Positions 20,449 through 29,459 of a DNA stretch of 64,000 bases are shown here, in pieces. This DNA comes from a virus, in the IMG/VR virus record IMGVR_UViG_3300000103_000003, positions 11,643-75,642 of that record, one strand, 5' to 3'. How positions within the stretch are numbered: the first letter of the stretch is position 1; each line of letters opens with the position of its first letter. The position numbers were made by a program, and so were the translations under genes. The notes under the pieces are model-generated. The model made no database searches, had not been told where the DNA came from, and worked only from the letters and a program-made list of their open reading frames with translations.

Positions 20449-20716
20449 TTGCACATTTTAGGGGGTCGGTGTGCAATTTAACATATTTTAACGGAACCTC
20501 GTTTAAAGGCTTCTGGAGGGGGTGCGTTTTTGGGAATTTTGATGAATTTGAGCAAAATTTGATGGATTTCGATAAAATTGCGCACACCTTATGCACATGT
20601 GTGCAATTTTTTATTGTCGCTTAAATTTTTTGCACATTTTTGCCTGAAGTGTGCAAGTTTTTTAATTTATTGCACAAATTATGAAAAAGTGTGCAAGTTT
20701 TCGCAAAATTTGCAAC
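20449..20716. repeat. Array of TTGCACA/TGTGCAA heptamers with 20-bp phasing
   Basis: Copies at 20449, 20470, 20591 (ATGCACA), 20600, 20630, 20650, 20670, 20690 and 20710 (TTGCAAC). Confidence 0.85.
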
Positions 20717-20777
20717 AATGACACTCCAGTATGTCAATAAGCATATTATATGTCATTATAAAAATAATATCAAAAAT

Positions 20778-20810
20778 ATTTGCGTATGTCGAATATTATT
20801 TGTATATTTG
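20778..20810 (+). promoter_or_regulatory. Bacteroidota primary-sigma promoter
   Basis: TTTG...TATATTTG matching the -33/-7 consensus. Confidence 0.8.
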
Positions 20811-20838
20811 CAGTCTAATTATAAAAAAGAATATATAT

Positions 20839-21168
20839 ATGAATGTGGAATTAAATCTGGTTTGTGAACTTTCTCCAGTTCAAAAGAAAAAGTTTAATAG
20901 TCTTAAAAAGGCTTACGCAGCTTGTAAGAAAGCTGGCATCCGGTTTGATAATGTTTATGGCAATCTATATGGTGTACCTTCGGAAATGGTAGCTGATTAT
21001 GGAGATTCTTCTATGCTACCAACTGGAGAATTAGCTATTCAATTAAACGGTTCTTATCCAAGTGGTAATCGTATTGAGATTCCGAATGAATGGACTGATG
21101 ATAACCATATTATGGGCTTAACAGCAAAAGGCGCAAAAGCATATCAGCAATTACTTAAACTTCAATAA
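20839..21168 (+). CDS. Hypothetical protein
   Basis: ORF track 20731..21168; start moved to the ATG downstream of the promoter. Confidence 0.8.
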   Translation: MNVELNLVCELSPVQKKKFNSLKKAYAACKKAGIRFDNVYGNLYGVPSEMVADYGDSSMLPTGELAIQLNGSYPSGNRIEIPNEWTDDNHIMGLTAKGAKAYQQLLKLQ

Positions 21169-21169
21169 T

Positions 21170-21319
21170 ATGACACAACAAGAATTTTTAAAAGAAATCG
21201 TTGAGTTTTTCAACGAAGACGGGTCTTATTGGCTGACCTGCAAATGTTTGGGCGCAAGACTGAACAAAACTGATGACGAGATAGATGAATTATTCACTAA
21301 ATTTTTAGAAGAAACATGA
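21170..21319 (+). CDS. Small acidic hypothetical protein (49 aa)
   Basis: Hand-translated MTQQEFLKE...; fills the operon gap and overlaps the next start (ATGA). Confidence 0.7.
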   Translation: MTQQEFLKEIVEFFNEDGSYWLTCKCLGARLNKTDDEIDELFTKFLEET

Positions 21320-21804
21320 TTTTTTTTAACAGCAAAGTAGCGGAATTTTTTCTTTATGCCAACAACTTCCGGGGCATAATGTTATTCGGTTTCGCTTTCT
21401 TTAAGAACCGGAAAGAGCAAATTCCACAAAAGTGGATTATGCACGAGAAGACCCACATCCAGCAATATTGGGAATCAATAATTATCTGGCTGGGTTTAAT
21501 GATGCTTACCACAGTTGTTTTGGCAGCTGGATTCTCAATCACTGTACCAATAGGATTGTTTATTGGAATAGTTTTGTGTGGCTACTACGTACATTACTAT
21601 ACTGAATGGCTTATTCGATTCGTTATTCAGTTACGTAAAGGATATGGCTTTAAAAAAGCATGGATGCGAGGTTATGAGCGCGTTATATTTGAGCAAGAGG
21701 CTATTGATGCTGAAAATTATCGAATGACGAATTTCTCAAAAATATTCAACGCTTATAATTATTGGAAACGAAAATCATTATTTGTACAGGATGAAAATAA
21801 ATGA
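21316..21804 (+). CDS. Membrane-associated HExxH zinc-peptidase-like protein
   Basis: HEKTHIQQY, two hydrophobic segments, distal FEQEA. Confidence 0.65.
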   Translation: MIFFNSKVAEFFLYANNFRGIMLFGFAFFKNRKEQIPQKWIMHEKTHIQQYWESIIIWLGLMMLTTVVLAAGFSITVPIGLFIGIVLCGYYVHYYTEWLIRFVIQLRKGYGFKKAWMRGYERVIFEQEAIDAENYRMTNFSKIFNAYNYWKRKSLFVQDENK

Positions 21805-22105
21805 TGTAGAATGTTTTAGAACAATGGATGTGGCTACAATCAACAGGCTACACGCTAAAACATTAACACGAATTTTATTGAAAAAAGGCGTTATTAAATG
21901 GGATAATGACAGTTCGGTTTATACTTTAACTGATGAATATAAACCCAGAACTGAAGAATTAACCAGAATGGCAGAATATACCGACAAAAGTCAATGTAAA
22001 AAACCTTATATGGTTTGGACAGAGGCTGGAAGGCAATTAATAAATTCTATTGTCGAAAGTATGACGCAGGAAGAGATTAAGAGTTATTGGTTCAAACAAT
22101 ATTAA
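21791..22105 (+). CDS. KilAC/ANT-like DNA-binding protein
   Basis: LTRILLKKGVI...PYMVWTEAGRQLI winged-helix signature. Confidence 0.7.
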   Translation: MKINDVECFRTMDVATINRLHAKTLTRILLKKGVIKWDNDSSVYTLTDEYKPRTEELTRMAEYTDKSQCKKPYMVWTEAGRQLINSIVESMTQEEIKSYWFKQY

Positions 22106-22122
22106 TTTTTAAAAACAACAAA

Positions 22123-22698
22123 ATGGAAAAGTGGTTTAGAGTAACCGCCAGTCTTCGCGTAGCGTTTGAAGACGGCAAAACAAAAGTGACGAAGAAATCA
22201 ATCTTGATACGTGCGGTATCGCTTACAGAGATTGAATCAGTGGCATTGGAAATTTTCAGAGGCTTTACGGTTTATCCTGAAAGTATTCTAATCGAAGAAG
22301 CTAAAGTACAGGGCATTGAAAAGGTATTGTGTAATCCGAGTTTTAATTGCGTTGAATCTCACGTTATTGGCAAAGCCAAATATATTGAGTTTACATTCAA
22401 TGAAGAATCTTATGATAATATATATGCTGCTAAAGTAGTTTTCTTTGCACTGGATGAAAAATCTGGTAATCTCAAACCAGCATCTAAGGTGGATTACATT
22501 ACTCCGTCGGAATCAATCAAAGACGCAACAGAAGACATCAGAAAGTCTTTGAGTGATTGCGTGACTGATTGGAAAATTCTGGGATGTAAAGAAGTAAATT
22601 ACAGCTCTATTGTGGTTGTTGATTCTTTTGGATTGATGATGCTGGAAGGAGCCGGAATGATTGAAGAAGCAACTTCTATTAAAAACGAAAAGAGATGA
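22123..22698 (+). CDS. DUF4494-like phage protein
   Basis: WFRVTASL..FEDGKTKVTKKSILIRAVSLTEIE and DEKSGNLK...DWKILGCKE; two-repeat architecture. Confidence 0.65.
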   Translation: MEKWFRVTASLRVAFEDGKTKVTKKSILIRAVSLTEIESVALEIFRGFTVYPESILIEEAKVQGIEKVLCNPSFNCVESHVIGKAKYIEFTFNEESYDNIYAAKVVFFALDEKSGNLKPASKVDYITPSESIKDATEDIRKSLSDCVTDWKILGCKEVNYSSIVVVDSFGLMMLEGAGMIEEATSIKNEKR

Positions 22699-23183
22699 CA
22701 CCTGAAGGTATTATTATTCATTGCGCCGCGACACGCGTGACATCTAATGTAGATGTAAAAACGATTGATAAATGGCATAAAGACCGGGGATTTAAACGTG
22801 CTGTCAGCCGTGTAAAAAATGGTGGGCTTGCTCACATTGGTTATCAATATTATGTAACCAAAGATGGAGAAATAGCTCATGGACGAGACGAAGACGAAGT
22901 TGGTGCGCACACCCTCGGTTTTAATGACAAAACTATAAGTATTTGTTACGAAGGTGGCTTGGACGCTAATGGTAAAGCAGCTGACACACGCACCCCGGAA
23001 CAGAAAGAAGCTATCCTTCATAAGATTAAGGATATTCAATCTCGCTGGAAAATCAAGTACATCAAAGGTCATAGAGACACCAGCCCTGATAAAAACGGAA
23101 ACGGAATTATTGAAAAGCATGAATGGTTGAAAGAGTGTCCATGTTTTGAATCAATTCCAGAATATAAACATCTAATCAATTAA
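22695..23183 (+). CDS. N-acetylmuramoyl-L-alanine amidase (T7 lysozyme-like)
   Basis: IIIHCAAT, IGYQYY, VGAH, SICYEGG, GHRD and KECPCF zinc-amidase motifs. Confidence 0.95.
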   Translation: MTPEGIIIHCAATRVTSNVDVKTIDKWHKDRGFKRAVSRVKNGGLAHIGYQYYVTKDGEIAHGRDEDEVGAHTLGFNDKTISICYEGGLDANGKAADTRTPEQKEAILHKIKDIQSRWKIKYIKGHRDTSPDKNGNGIIEKHEWLKECPCFESIPEYKHLIN

Positions 23184-23186
23184 ACA

Positions 23187-23672
23187 ATGGCAAAAGGAAA
23201 GAAAGAAGAATCTCCTGAAGTGGAATTAAAGCCGGAAGGTACAGTATGGACTACACAGCTAAAGAATATGCTGTTTACTGAAGTACTGGGTATTCCAGTA
23301 TTTAACGCATCATATTTCTTGTATAAAGAAGGTTTTGAGGATAAAACACAGGAACCAGCCATAGAGAAGTACAAAGTAATGCGAGCTGATTTTATTCAAA
23401 TTTACGCTAATATTATGAAACGTAAACCGGAAGACTTATTTGTAGTCACTAAAGAAGGTGAAACGATGATTCACAATTCTTTGGCAGTGGATTTTGGAAT
23501 ATTCTTCAATGCTCAATTTGCGGCTTATTGTTCACAGCGTATGTTTGAATTGTTCAATACCGGAGCCACATTCTCGGATGACGCGCTTGTCGATGCAATG
23601 TTTCAACGTTTCCCAGTAGATTCAATCAAGAACTTGCTGGATAAATTACAAGCAAAGCCGGACGCTAAATGA
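23187..23672 (+). CDS. KilA-N-like DNA-binding protein
   Basis: VFNASYFL...TMIHNSLAVDF...NAQFAAYC. Confidence 0.55.
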   Translation: MAKGKKEESPEVELKPEGTVWTTQLKNMLFTEVLGIPVFNASYFLYKEGFEDKTQEPAIEKYKVMRADFIQIYANIMKRKPEDLFVVTKEGETMIHNSLAVDFGIFFNAQFAAYCSQRMFELFNTGATFSDDALVDAMFQRFPVDSIKNLLDKLQAKPDAK

Positions 23673-24262
23673 CAACTTCTGACGAACAGAAAGTAAAGAA
23701 AACACCAAATCCTGCAAAACGGGTGCTGGTGTTTTCTACTACTTTAAGACTTGTCGCTGTTTGTTCGTCTGTTCGAGATACAGCGGCATTGCTGCAAAAT
23801 AATTCCGAAACAAATAAGGTTTCTCCAATGGCTGTAAATATCACTCTTAAAAAGAATGAAGCCTTAATGGAGATGCTTTATACCTGCAAAGGATATATTG
23901 TAAGGTACGAAAGCCCTATGGTAGAGTTAGACATTCCAGATATTGGTGTTATCAGTCTGGGTGAATATATGCACTTAGCGCAAGAACGCAGAGGTCGTAT
24001 TCCTATTGGTGTACAGACCCGGAAAATAAATTTATTCCGATGGCGTGCATTAATCGAAAAGAAAAGTGACCCCAGAGAAGAAGCAAAAGCTAAGAAAAAA
24101 GCACAAAAGGCTTATCGTAAAAAAAGAGCAAAAGAATTAAAGTCCAGACCTGATATTGCAGAAATGCAAATAAAACGTAAAGGTGGTCGAAAACCACACA
24201 GGTGCTGTACAATAGTTGAAGACAATTACAAAACAACAAACAAATACAACGATGAAGGTTAG
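23669..24262 (+). CDS. Basic hypothetical protein with a NUMOD1-like N-terminus
   Basis: [26 protein letters not shown]; Lys/Arg-rich C-terminus. Confidence 0.55.
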   Translation: MTTSDEQKVKKTPNPAKRVLVFSTTLRLVAVCSSVRDTAALLQNNSETNKVSPMAVNITLKKNEALMEMLYTCKGYIVRYESPMVELDIPDIGVISLGEYMHLAQERRGRIPIGVQTRKINLFRWRALIEKKSDPREEAKAKKKAQKAYRKKRAKELKSRPDIAEMQIKRKGGRKPHRCCTIVEDNYKTTNKYNDEG

Positions 24263-24689
24263 AATTTTTAATAACTCTGGGTTTCCATGCCCTAATTATG
24301 CTACCGTTCAATCAGCTGGAATGGACATCAGGTCAACGATTGATTTTACATTAGCACCGGGTGAACGTAAATGTATCCCGACAGGTTTATATCTTGCCCT
24401 AACACCCGGTTATGAAGCGCAACTGCGACCACGCAGCGGTTTGGCACTGAAACATGGAATTACACTTGTTAATACGCCGGGAACAATCGACGCTGATTAC
24501 CGTGGTGAGGTTGGTGTGATTCTTATTAATCTTAGTGGTGAACCATATTCGGCTGCACGCGGTGAGCGTATTGCTCAAATGGTAATCGCTGATTACAAAC
24601 AGGCTGAATGGCTTGAAATGGATTCCATTGAAGCACTCGGCGAAACAGAAAGAGGTGCTGGTGGATTCGGACACACAGGTAAAAATTAA
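24252..24689 (+). CDS. dut: Trimeric dUTPase
   Basis: [29 protein letters not shown] and [11 protein letters not shown] (motifs I-V). Confidence 0.97.
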   Translation: MKVRIFNNSGFPCPNYATVQSAGMDIRSTIDFTLAPGERKCIPTGLYLALTPGYEAQLRPRSGLALKHGITLVNTPGTIDADYRGEVGVILINLSGEPYSAARGERIAQMVIADYKQAEWLEMDSIEALGETERGAGGFGHTGKN

Positions 24690-24710
24690 GATTAAATGTT
24701 AAATATTTAT

Positions 24711-24759
24711 AAAAAGTGGGGTTGCCGTTTGGTAATTCCACTTTTTTGTTGTATGTTTG
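24711..24759 (+). promoter_or_regulatory. Terminator hairpin overlapping a primary-sigma promoter for ligA
   Basis: Stem AAAAAGTGGGGTTGCC/GGTAATTCCACTTTTT; TTTG 24728 - N20 - TATGTTTG 24752. Confidence 0.7.
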
Positions 24760-24783
24760 CGTAAATTTTTAAATTATAAATAT

Positions 24784-26724
24784 ATGATTCCAAGTATTAT
24801 CAAAAAACTAAAAGCGTATAATCACGCTTACAGAACAGGAGAAAGCATCGTTTCGGATGCCGAGTATGACGCGTTACTGGAAGAGTTACGCAAACTTAGT
24901 CCAGAACATCCGTATCTTACGCGTGTGGAGCCAACGCCGACCCCGGACGACCGCAAAGAAAAATTGCCTATGATTATGAGAAGTTTGAATAAACTGAAAA
25001 GTTTTGAAGAATTTCAAGCGTGGGTGAATAAGAATAGAATATCTGAAGACGCAGAAGTTTATACACTTCCAAAGCTGGATGGTATTTCTTTGCTGGAAGA
25101 CGAATTTAATGGTTGTGCGTGGACGCGTGGAAGTGAGGATAATATCGGCATGAGAAGCGACAAACACATCCAGTATATGAATAATGGCATTTGTACTAAA
25201 TTTCATTATTCTGGTGGGGAAGCCATTATTACCAATGAAAATTGGAAAGAGCATTTTGAAGGCAAACGCAACCCAGCTTCTGGGGAGATATTCAAAACAA
25301 AACGCGGAACAGTCGCCGGGATATTCGCATCAGATGCGGATAAATTCAAAGATTTTCTTCCTTTTGTAAGTTATATCCGATATAATGCGTTTGTCGGCGA
25401 AAGCGACGCGATGTACACGTATGATATATTTGAACTAAATAATATCAACCCGGTTCAGATTCCAGCTCATTGCTGCAAAATCAAAGATTTGACATCAGAC
25501 AAATTAAATGAGCTGTATTTCAGATGGAATAGTTTATTCGATTGTGACGGATTGGTAATATGCCTAAATGACAAACGCGAATGGAAACGCTTAGGTCGCC
25601 ACGCAACGTCTGGCAACCCGTTGTATTCTGTTGCTTACAAAGCAGATTTTGAACAACGTTTTCAGACTAAGTGTGTGGCTGTAAATGCGCGTGTGTCGAA
25701 GAATGGATATTTACGTCCGACTGTGGAGATTGAACCAGTAATGATTGATGGCGCAAAAATTGATAATCCAACTGGTAACAATTTCAAATTTGTTTATGAT
25801 AACAATATCGCGCCGGGAACAGAATTAACTGTCATCAGGTCTGGAAGTGTAATACCAAAGATTGTTGGGTTTGGTAATTTCAATGGTGATGCAGTTGTTA
25901 GCCTCATGGATAAATTTGCTTTATGTCCAGCATGTGAAAGTTCTACCAAATGGAATGAAACAATGACTGACCTTGTTTGTTGTCATCGTTATTGCCCCGG
26001 AAAAGAGCTGGCAAAAATTATTTATTTCTTTTCAGTTCTGGAATTTGAGGATTTTGGAGAAACAACAATCGAAACTGTTTATAATTATCTCAAAGAGACA
26101 AATTCAACAGCATTATTGACTGATTTCTTAAATTTGGAAACGCGTAAATTAACGCCTATCCCCGGAATTGGTAAATCAATAGCCAATAGCATCAACGACC
26201 AGCTGAATGGATTATACAATAATCCAACTTCGTTAGTAACGCTTATGAAGGCTCTGGATACATTTGAAGGCATTGGCGACAGCAAAGGACAACTTATTAT
26301 TGACAATTTTTCAGATGATATGATTGAAAAGTTAATTGCTCATACTGCTGATGTTCGTGATGTTTCTGACGAACTAAATTGTGTTAAAGGATTAGGAGAA
26401 AAAACCGTTCAGTCTTTCATAAATGGCTGGGGTTCATTTACATCACTATTAAAGAACACACAATTACCTTTTAAAATATGTAAAACAGAAACCTCTAAAA
26501 GTGTAAAGTACAAAGGTCTAAGTGTATGTTTCTCCGGCGTTCGTGATTCAGAACTGGAAAAAATTCTTTCCAGTAATGGAGGAGTAATTGTTTCCAATGT
26601 TTCTAAGAAAACAACTCATTTGGTTACTCTCGACCCAGAAGGCGCAAGCGGTAAGATTGTTAAAGCGAAAGAATTAGGTACAACCATTATTTCACTGGCA
26701 GATGCAAAAAATTTGTGGAACTAA
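24784..26724 (+). CDS. ligA: NAD-dependent DNA ligase
   Basis: YR.GESIVSDAEYD, KLDG adenylation motif, DGLVI, RSGSVIP, zinc finger, HhH repeats, BRCT (VSKKTTHLV). Confidence 0.95.
   Translation: MIPSIIKKLKAYNHAYRTGESIVSDAEYDALLEELRKLSPEHPYLTRVEPTPTPDDRKEKLPMIMRSLNKLKSFEEFQAWVNKNRISEDAEVYTLPKLDGISLLEDEFNGCAWTRGSEDNIGMRSDKHIQYMNNGICTKFHYSGGEAIITNENWKEHFEGKRNPASGEIFKTKRGTVAGIFASDADKFKDFLPFVSYIRYNAFVGESDAMYTYDIFELNNINPVQIPAHCCKIKDLTSDKLNELYFRWNSLFDCDGLVICLNDKREWKRLGRHATSGNPLYSVAYKADFEQRFQTKCVAVNARVSKNGYLRPTVEIEPVMIDGAKIDNPTGNNFKFVYDNNIAPGTELTVIRSGSVIPKIVGFGNFNGDAVVSLMDKFALCPACESSTKWNETMTDLVCCHRYCPGKELAKIIYFFSVLEFEDFGETTIETVYNYLKETNSTALLTDFLNLETRKLTPIPGIGKSIANSINDQLNGLYNNPTSLVTLMKALDTFEGIGDSKGQLIIDNFSDDMIEKLIAHTADVRDVSDELNCVKGLGEKTVQSFINGWGSFTSLLKNTQLPFKICKTETSKSVKYKGLSVCFSGVRDSELEKILSSNGGVIVSNVSKKTTHLVTLDPEGASGKIVKAKELGTTIISLADAKNLWN
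25029..25061 (-). promoter_or_regulatory. Late-promoter motif antisense within ligA
   Basis: TAAACTTC-N16-CTATTCTTA, a full bipartite match. Confidence 0.5.
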
Positions 26725-26751
26725 TATATTAACATTTAAAATTTAAAGACA

Positions 26752-27510
26752 ATGAGACAGATTCAAAAAATTGAACAGGTAGAACAAGTAATGACAAGTC
26801 GCGAAATCGCAGAACTAACAGAAAAAAGACACGACCATGTGTTAAGAGATTGCGAAGTGTTAAATGAAAATTATGTAAAAATGGGTCTCCCCAAAATTGG
26901 GGATACCCTTTACAAACACTCACAGAACGGACAACAGTATCGTGAGTTTCGTTTAACTCGTATGCAAACATTTGACCTTATGACGGGATATAATATTGAA
27001 TTGCGCATTAAAGTTAATCGTCGCTGGGAAGAGTTGGAGCAGACAGTTAAAAACAACCTTCCAGCTTTACCAACAACATTTGCCGAGGCTTTAAGGTTAG
27101 CCGCGAATCAGGCTGAACAAATAGAAAAACAACAAGCAGCTTTGAATGTTGCCGAAGGAGTTATTCAAGACAAGAATAAAGAACTCAAAGTAGCTGAACC
27201 AAAAATAATGTACTTCAATAAAGCGATGACTTCAAATGGCGTGTATGCGTTGGACATTGCACCTAAAGTTTTGAAAATGCCATTTGGTCGCACTAAGTTT
27301 GTTGAGTTCTTGAAAAGCCAGAACTTATTGATGAAGTACGGTAAACCAAGACCGCTTCAGCAATTCGTTAAGGCTGGATACTTTACCGTAGACCAGCGTG
27401 TAAGAACTAATCAGTTTGGCGCGACTATCAGCTATGACGTAACGTTGATTACAGCAAAAGGCTTAACTTATATCAGTGAACTTTGGGATAAGTACCAAGC
27501 TAAAAAGTAA
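26752..27510 (+). CDS. Rha family regulator fused to a KilAC (antirepressor) domain
   Basis: MTSREIAELTEKRHDHVLRD, LPTTFAEALRLAA, PKIMYF, PLQQFVKAGYF. Confidence 0.9.
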   Translation: MRQIQKIEQVEQVMTSREIAELTEKRHDHVLRDCEVLNENYVKMGLPKIGDTLYKHSQNGQQYREFRLTRMQTFDLMTGYNIELRIKVNRRWEELEQTVKNNLPALPTTFAEALRLAANQAEQIEKQQAALNVAEGVIQDKNKELKVAEPKIMYFNKAMTSNGVYALDIAPKVLKMPFGRTKFVEFLKSQNLLMKYGKPRPLQQFVKAGYFTVDQRVRTNQFGATISYDVTLITAKGLTYISELWDKYQAKK

Positions 27511-27531
27511 ACTTAATTGTTAAAAATATGT

Positions 27532-27579
27532 AAAAGTGATGCGTCCATTTGGATGTGTCACTTTTTTTATGTATATTTG
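27532..27579 (+). promoter_or_regulatory. Terminator hairpin overlapping a primary-sigma promoter for the recombinase operon
   Basis: AAAAGTGATGCGTCCA/TGGATGTGTCACTTTT; TTTG 27548 - N20 - TATATTTG 27572. Confidence 0.7.
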
Positions 27580-27604
27580 TGCCTTAATTATAAATTATTT
27601 AGAT

Positions 27605-28198
27605 ATGGCAGCAGTAGATGTATTTACCACAGCAGACTTTATCCCAATGGATGAATTAAAGCGTCTCATTAAGTGTTTGCGTGATGACGAGAACTATAAA
27701 TGGGAATTGTATTTTCGATTAGCTTTTTGTACTGGATTAAGATATTCGGATATAAAGAGAATCAAATGGAGCCACTTATTAAGTGGAGAATCATTTGACA
27801 TTCGAGAAAAGAAAACTGGCAAGCATAGGCATATAACTATTTCAGAAACGAACCAAAAGATTTTTGCAGAGCTACACCAGCTTTTAGGGGCATATCCAGA
27901 TTTCTGGTACGTTATGGCTCCGGAGGCTCGTAATCAGTCAGTTACGGTTCAATACGCGAACCAAAAGTGCAGAGCCTTCAAAAAACTCTATGATATTAAA
28001 ATTGAAAATTTTTCAACTCATAGTGTAAGAAAAGCATTTGCGCGTCATATTTGGGATAGTCGCGGACAAACCGACGCAGCACTGGTAATTATTTCTGAAA
28101 TATTGAATCATGCCAATATAGCAACTACTCGCAAATATCTCGGAATCACCAGTGAAGAGATAAAAGAGATTTACAACACTTTAAATATAGATATATGA
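27605..28198 (+). CDS. Short tyrosine recombinase (catalytic domain only, 197 aa)
   Basis: GLRYSD (R), EKKTGK (K), HSVRK (HxxR), LNH and TRKYL (Y) are all intact. Confidence 0.92.
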   Translation: MAAVDVFTTADFIPMDELKRLIKCLRDDENYKWELYFRLAFCTGLRYSDIKRIKWSHLLSGESFDIREKKTGKHRHITISETNQKIFAELHQLLGAYPDFWYVMAPEARNQSVTVQYANQKCRAFKKLYDIKIENFSTHSVRKAFARHIWDSRGQTDAALVIISEILNHANIATTRKYLGITSEEIKEIYNTLNIDI

Positions 28199-28716
28199 GA
28201 AAATTAAGAAAATTTCAACCTTTTCAAAAGGTTTTAGTAATCACACCAGACGACGAACAAGTTGAAGGTGTAGTCATTAAATCAATCACAATGCCTAATG
28301 ACCGCGATGGCATTGTTTTGTGTGAAGACGGCAGTAAAGTAACCGAACACCAGTATTTAGTAGCGTTACTATTTGAAGACGGTACAATTACTGAAAAACA
28401 CGTTCCTGTTTATGAAGGAGGAATGATTCCAAACGTAAAAACATTTGGAGATGCAATGGATGCTCTCAAATCTGGATATGCCGTTACGCGTTCAAACTGG
28501 ATACCCGGCAAATATTTGTTCCTGTTACCGGGCGCAAAGGTTCCGGCTGACAAATGTTTTACCGAACCTTTGATAAGTATTGCCAAAAAGCAGGGATTTG
28601 TTGAATGTCTCCCAGCCATACGTCTTGTTAGCGGTGTAGAAGTGATGACTGGATATACTCCAACACAAATCGAAATGCTTGATGCAAACTGGAAACTAAT
28701 TCAAAATGCCGTATGA
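28195..28716 (+). CDS. DUF2829 / Tad2-like protein with an extra N-terminal domain
   Basis: C-half TFGDAMDALKSGYAVTRSNW..KYLFL...GYTPTQIEMLDANW matches the family pattern FGxAxxxxKxGxxVxRxxW...WxPxQxDxLAxDW. Confidence 0.75.
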   Translation: MRKLRKFQPFQKVLVITPDDEQVEGVVIKSITMPNDRDGIVLCEDGSKVTEHQYLVALLFEDGTITEKHVPVYEGGMIPNVKTFGDAMDALKSGYAVTRSNWIPGKYLFLLPGAKVPADKCFTEPLISIAKKQGFVECLPAIRLVSGVEVMTGYTPTQIEMLDANWKLIQNAV

Positions 28717-29459
28717 AAATTCAAGGTATCAAATTTACAGAATTACTGACGGTTGATGAATGTCAGCTGTTAAGTCATGTTACTGAATGGCAAGAAGCTA
28801 ACTCGAATCATCAAGTAATAATAGGCGGTTCTCTTGCTTTAAAACTGCAAGGTATTTATTTGAAACGTGAATGTCACGATTTAGACCTGCAAATTCCGGG
28901 TGTTCAACCAAAAGAAATTGGTGAACCAAATGGTTTTAGACTAAAAAACCCAGACGAAGACCTGCCTTCTTGGAATGATAGTGTGTTGTTCTATAAGAAT
29001 GATGCTATAAGTGTCGATGTTCTTTACAATCAAATTCCTGACGAATTTATTAATTCTGTCAATGGTTTATTGGTTGTATCGCCAGCATGGATAGTCGCCA
29101 GCAAGAAATACTACATTATGAATTTCATTAATTACAATGAATTTCTAATGTATCAACTAATTGGTGCTGATAATATTGACTTGCGTTTGGAAATTTTGGC
29201 TAAAGCTGAAATTAATTTGACAGAAAGAGCCAAAAAAGCATTACTTAAACATGTTTTTGATTTACATGTGATGAATAGTATTGTATCGAACACAAACGGT
29301 AAAATATTTCAGTCACTACAATCAGCTGGCTGGAGCCGGGAGGAGCCGACAGGATTCTTATGTATGCCGTGGCAACAATTTGCTGCTTTAAAAGAAACAC
29401 AAGTCAACAATGTTTCTAAAAGAGTAGAAGACAAAGATGATGAATTTCTTCCATTCTAA
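28713..29459 (+). CDS. Pol-beta superfamily nucleotidyltransferase-like protein
   Basis: IIGGSLAL..QG...HDLDL and SVDVL motifs. Confidence 0.7.
   Translation: MKIQGIKFTELLTVDECQLLSHVTEWQEANSNHQVIIGGSLALKLQGIYLKRECHDLDLQIPGVQPKEIGEPNGFRLKNPDEDLPSWNDSVLFYKNDAISVDVLYNQIPDEFINSVNGLLVVSPAWIVASKKYYIMNFINYNEFLMYQLIGADNIDLRLEILAKAEINLTERAKKALLKHVFDLHVMNSIVSNTNGKIFQSLQSAGWSREEPTGFLCMPWQQFAALKETQVNNVSKRVEDKDDEFLPF

Noticed and set aside
19880-20596. ORFs 19880..20182, 19949..20314 and 20408..20596 as proteins
   Set aside because: Low-complexity translations of A/T tracts and repeats, mutually overlapping, with non-ATG or poor starts.
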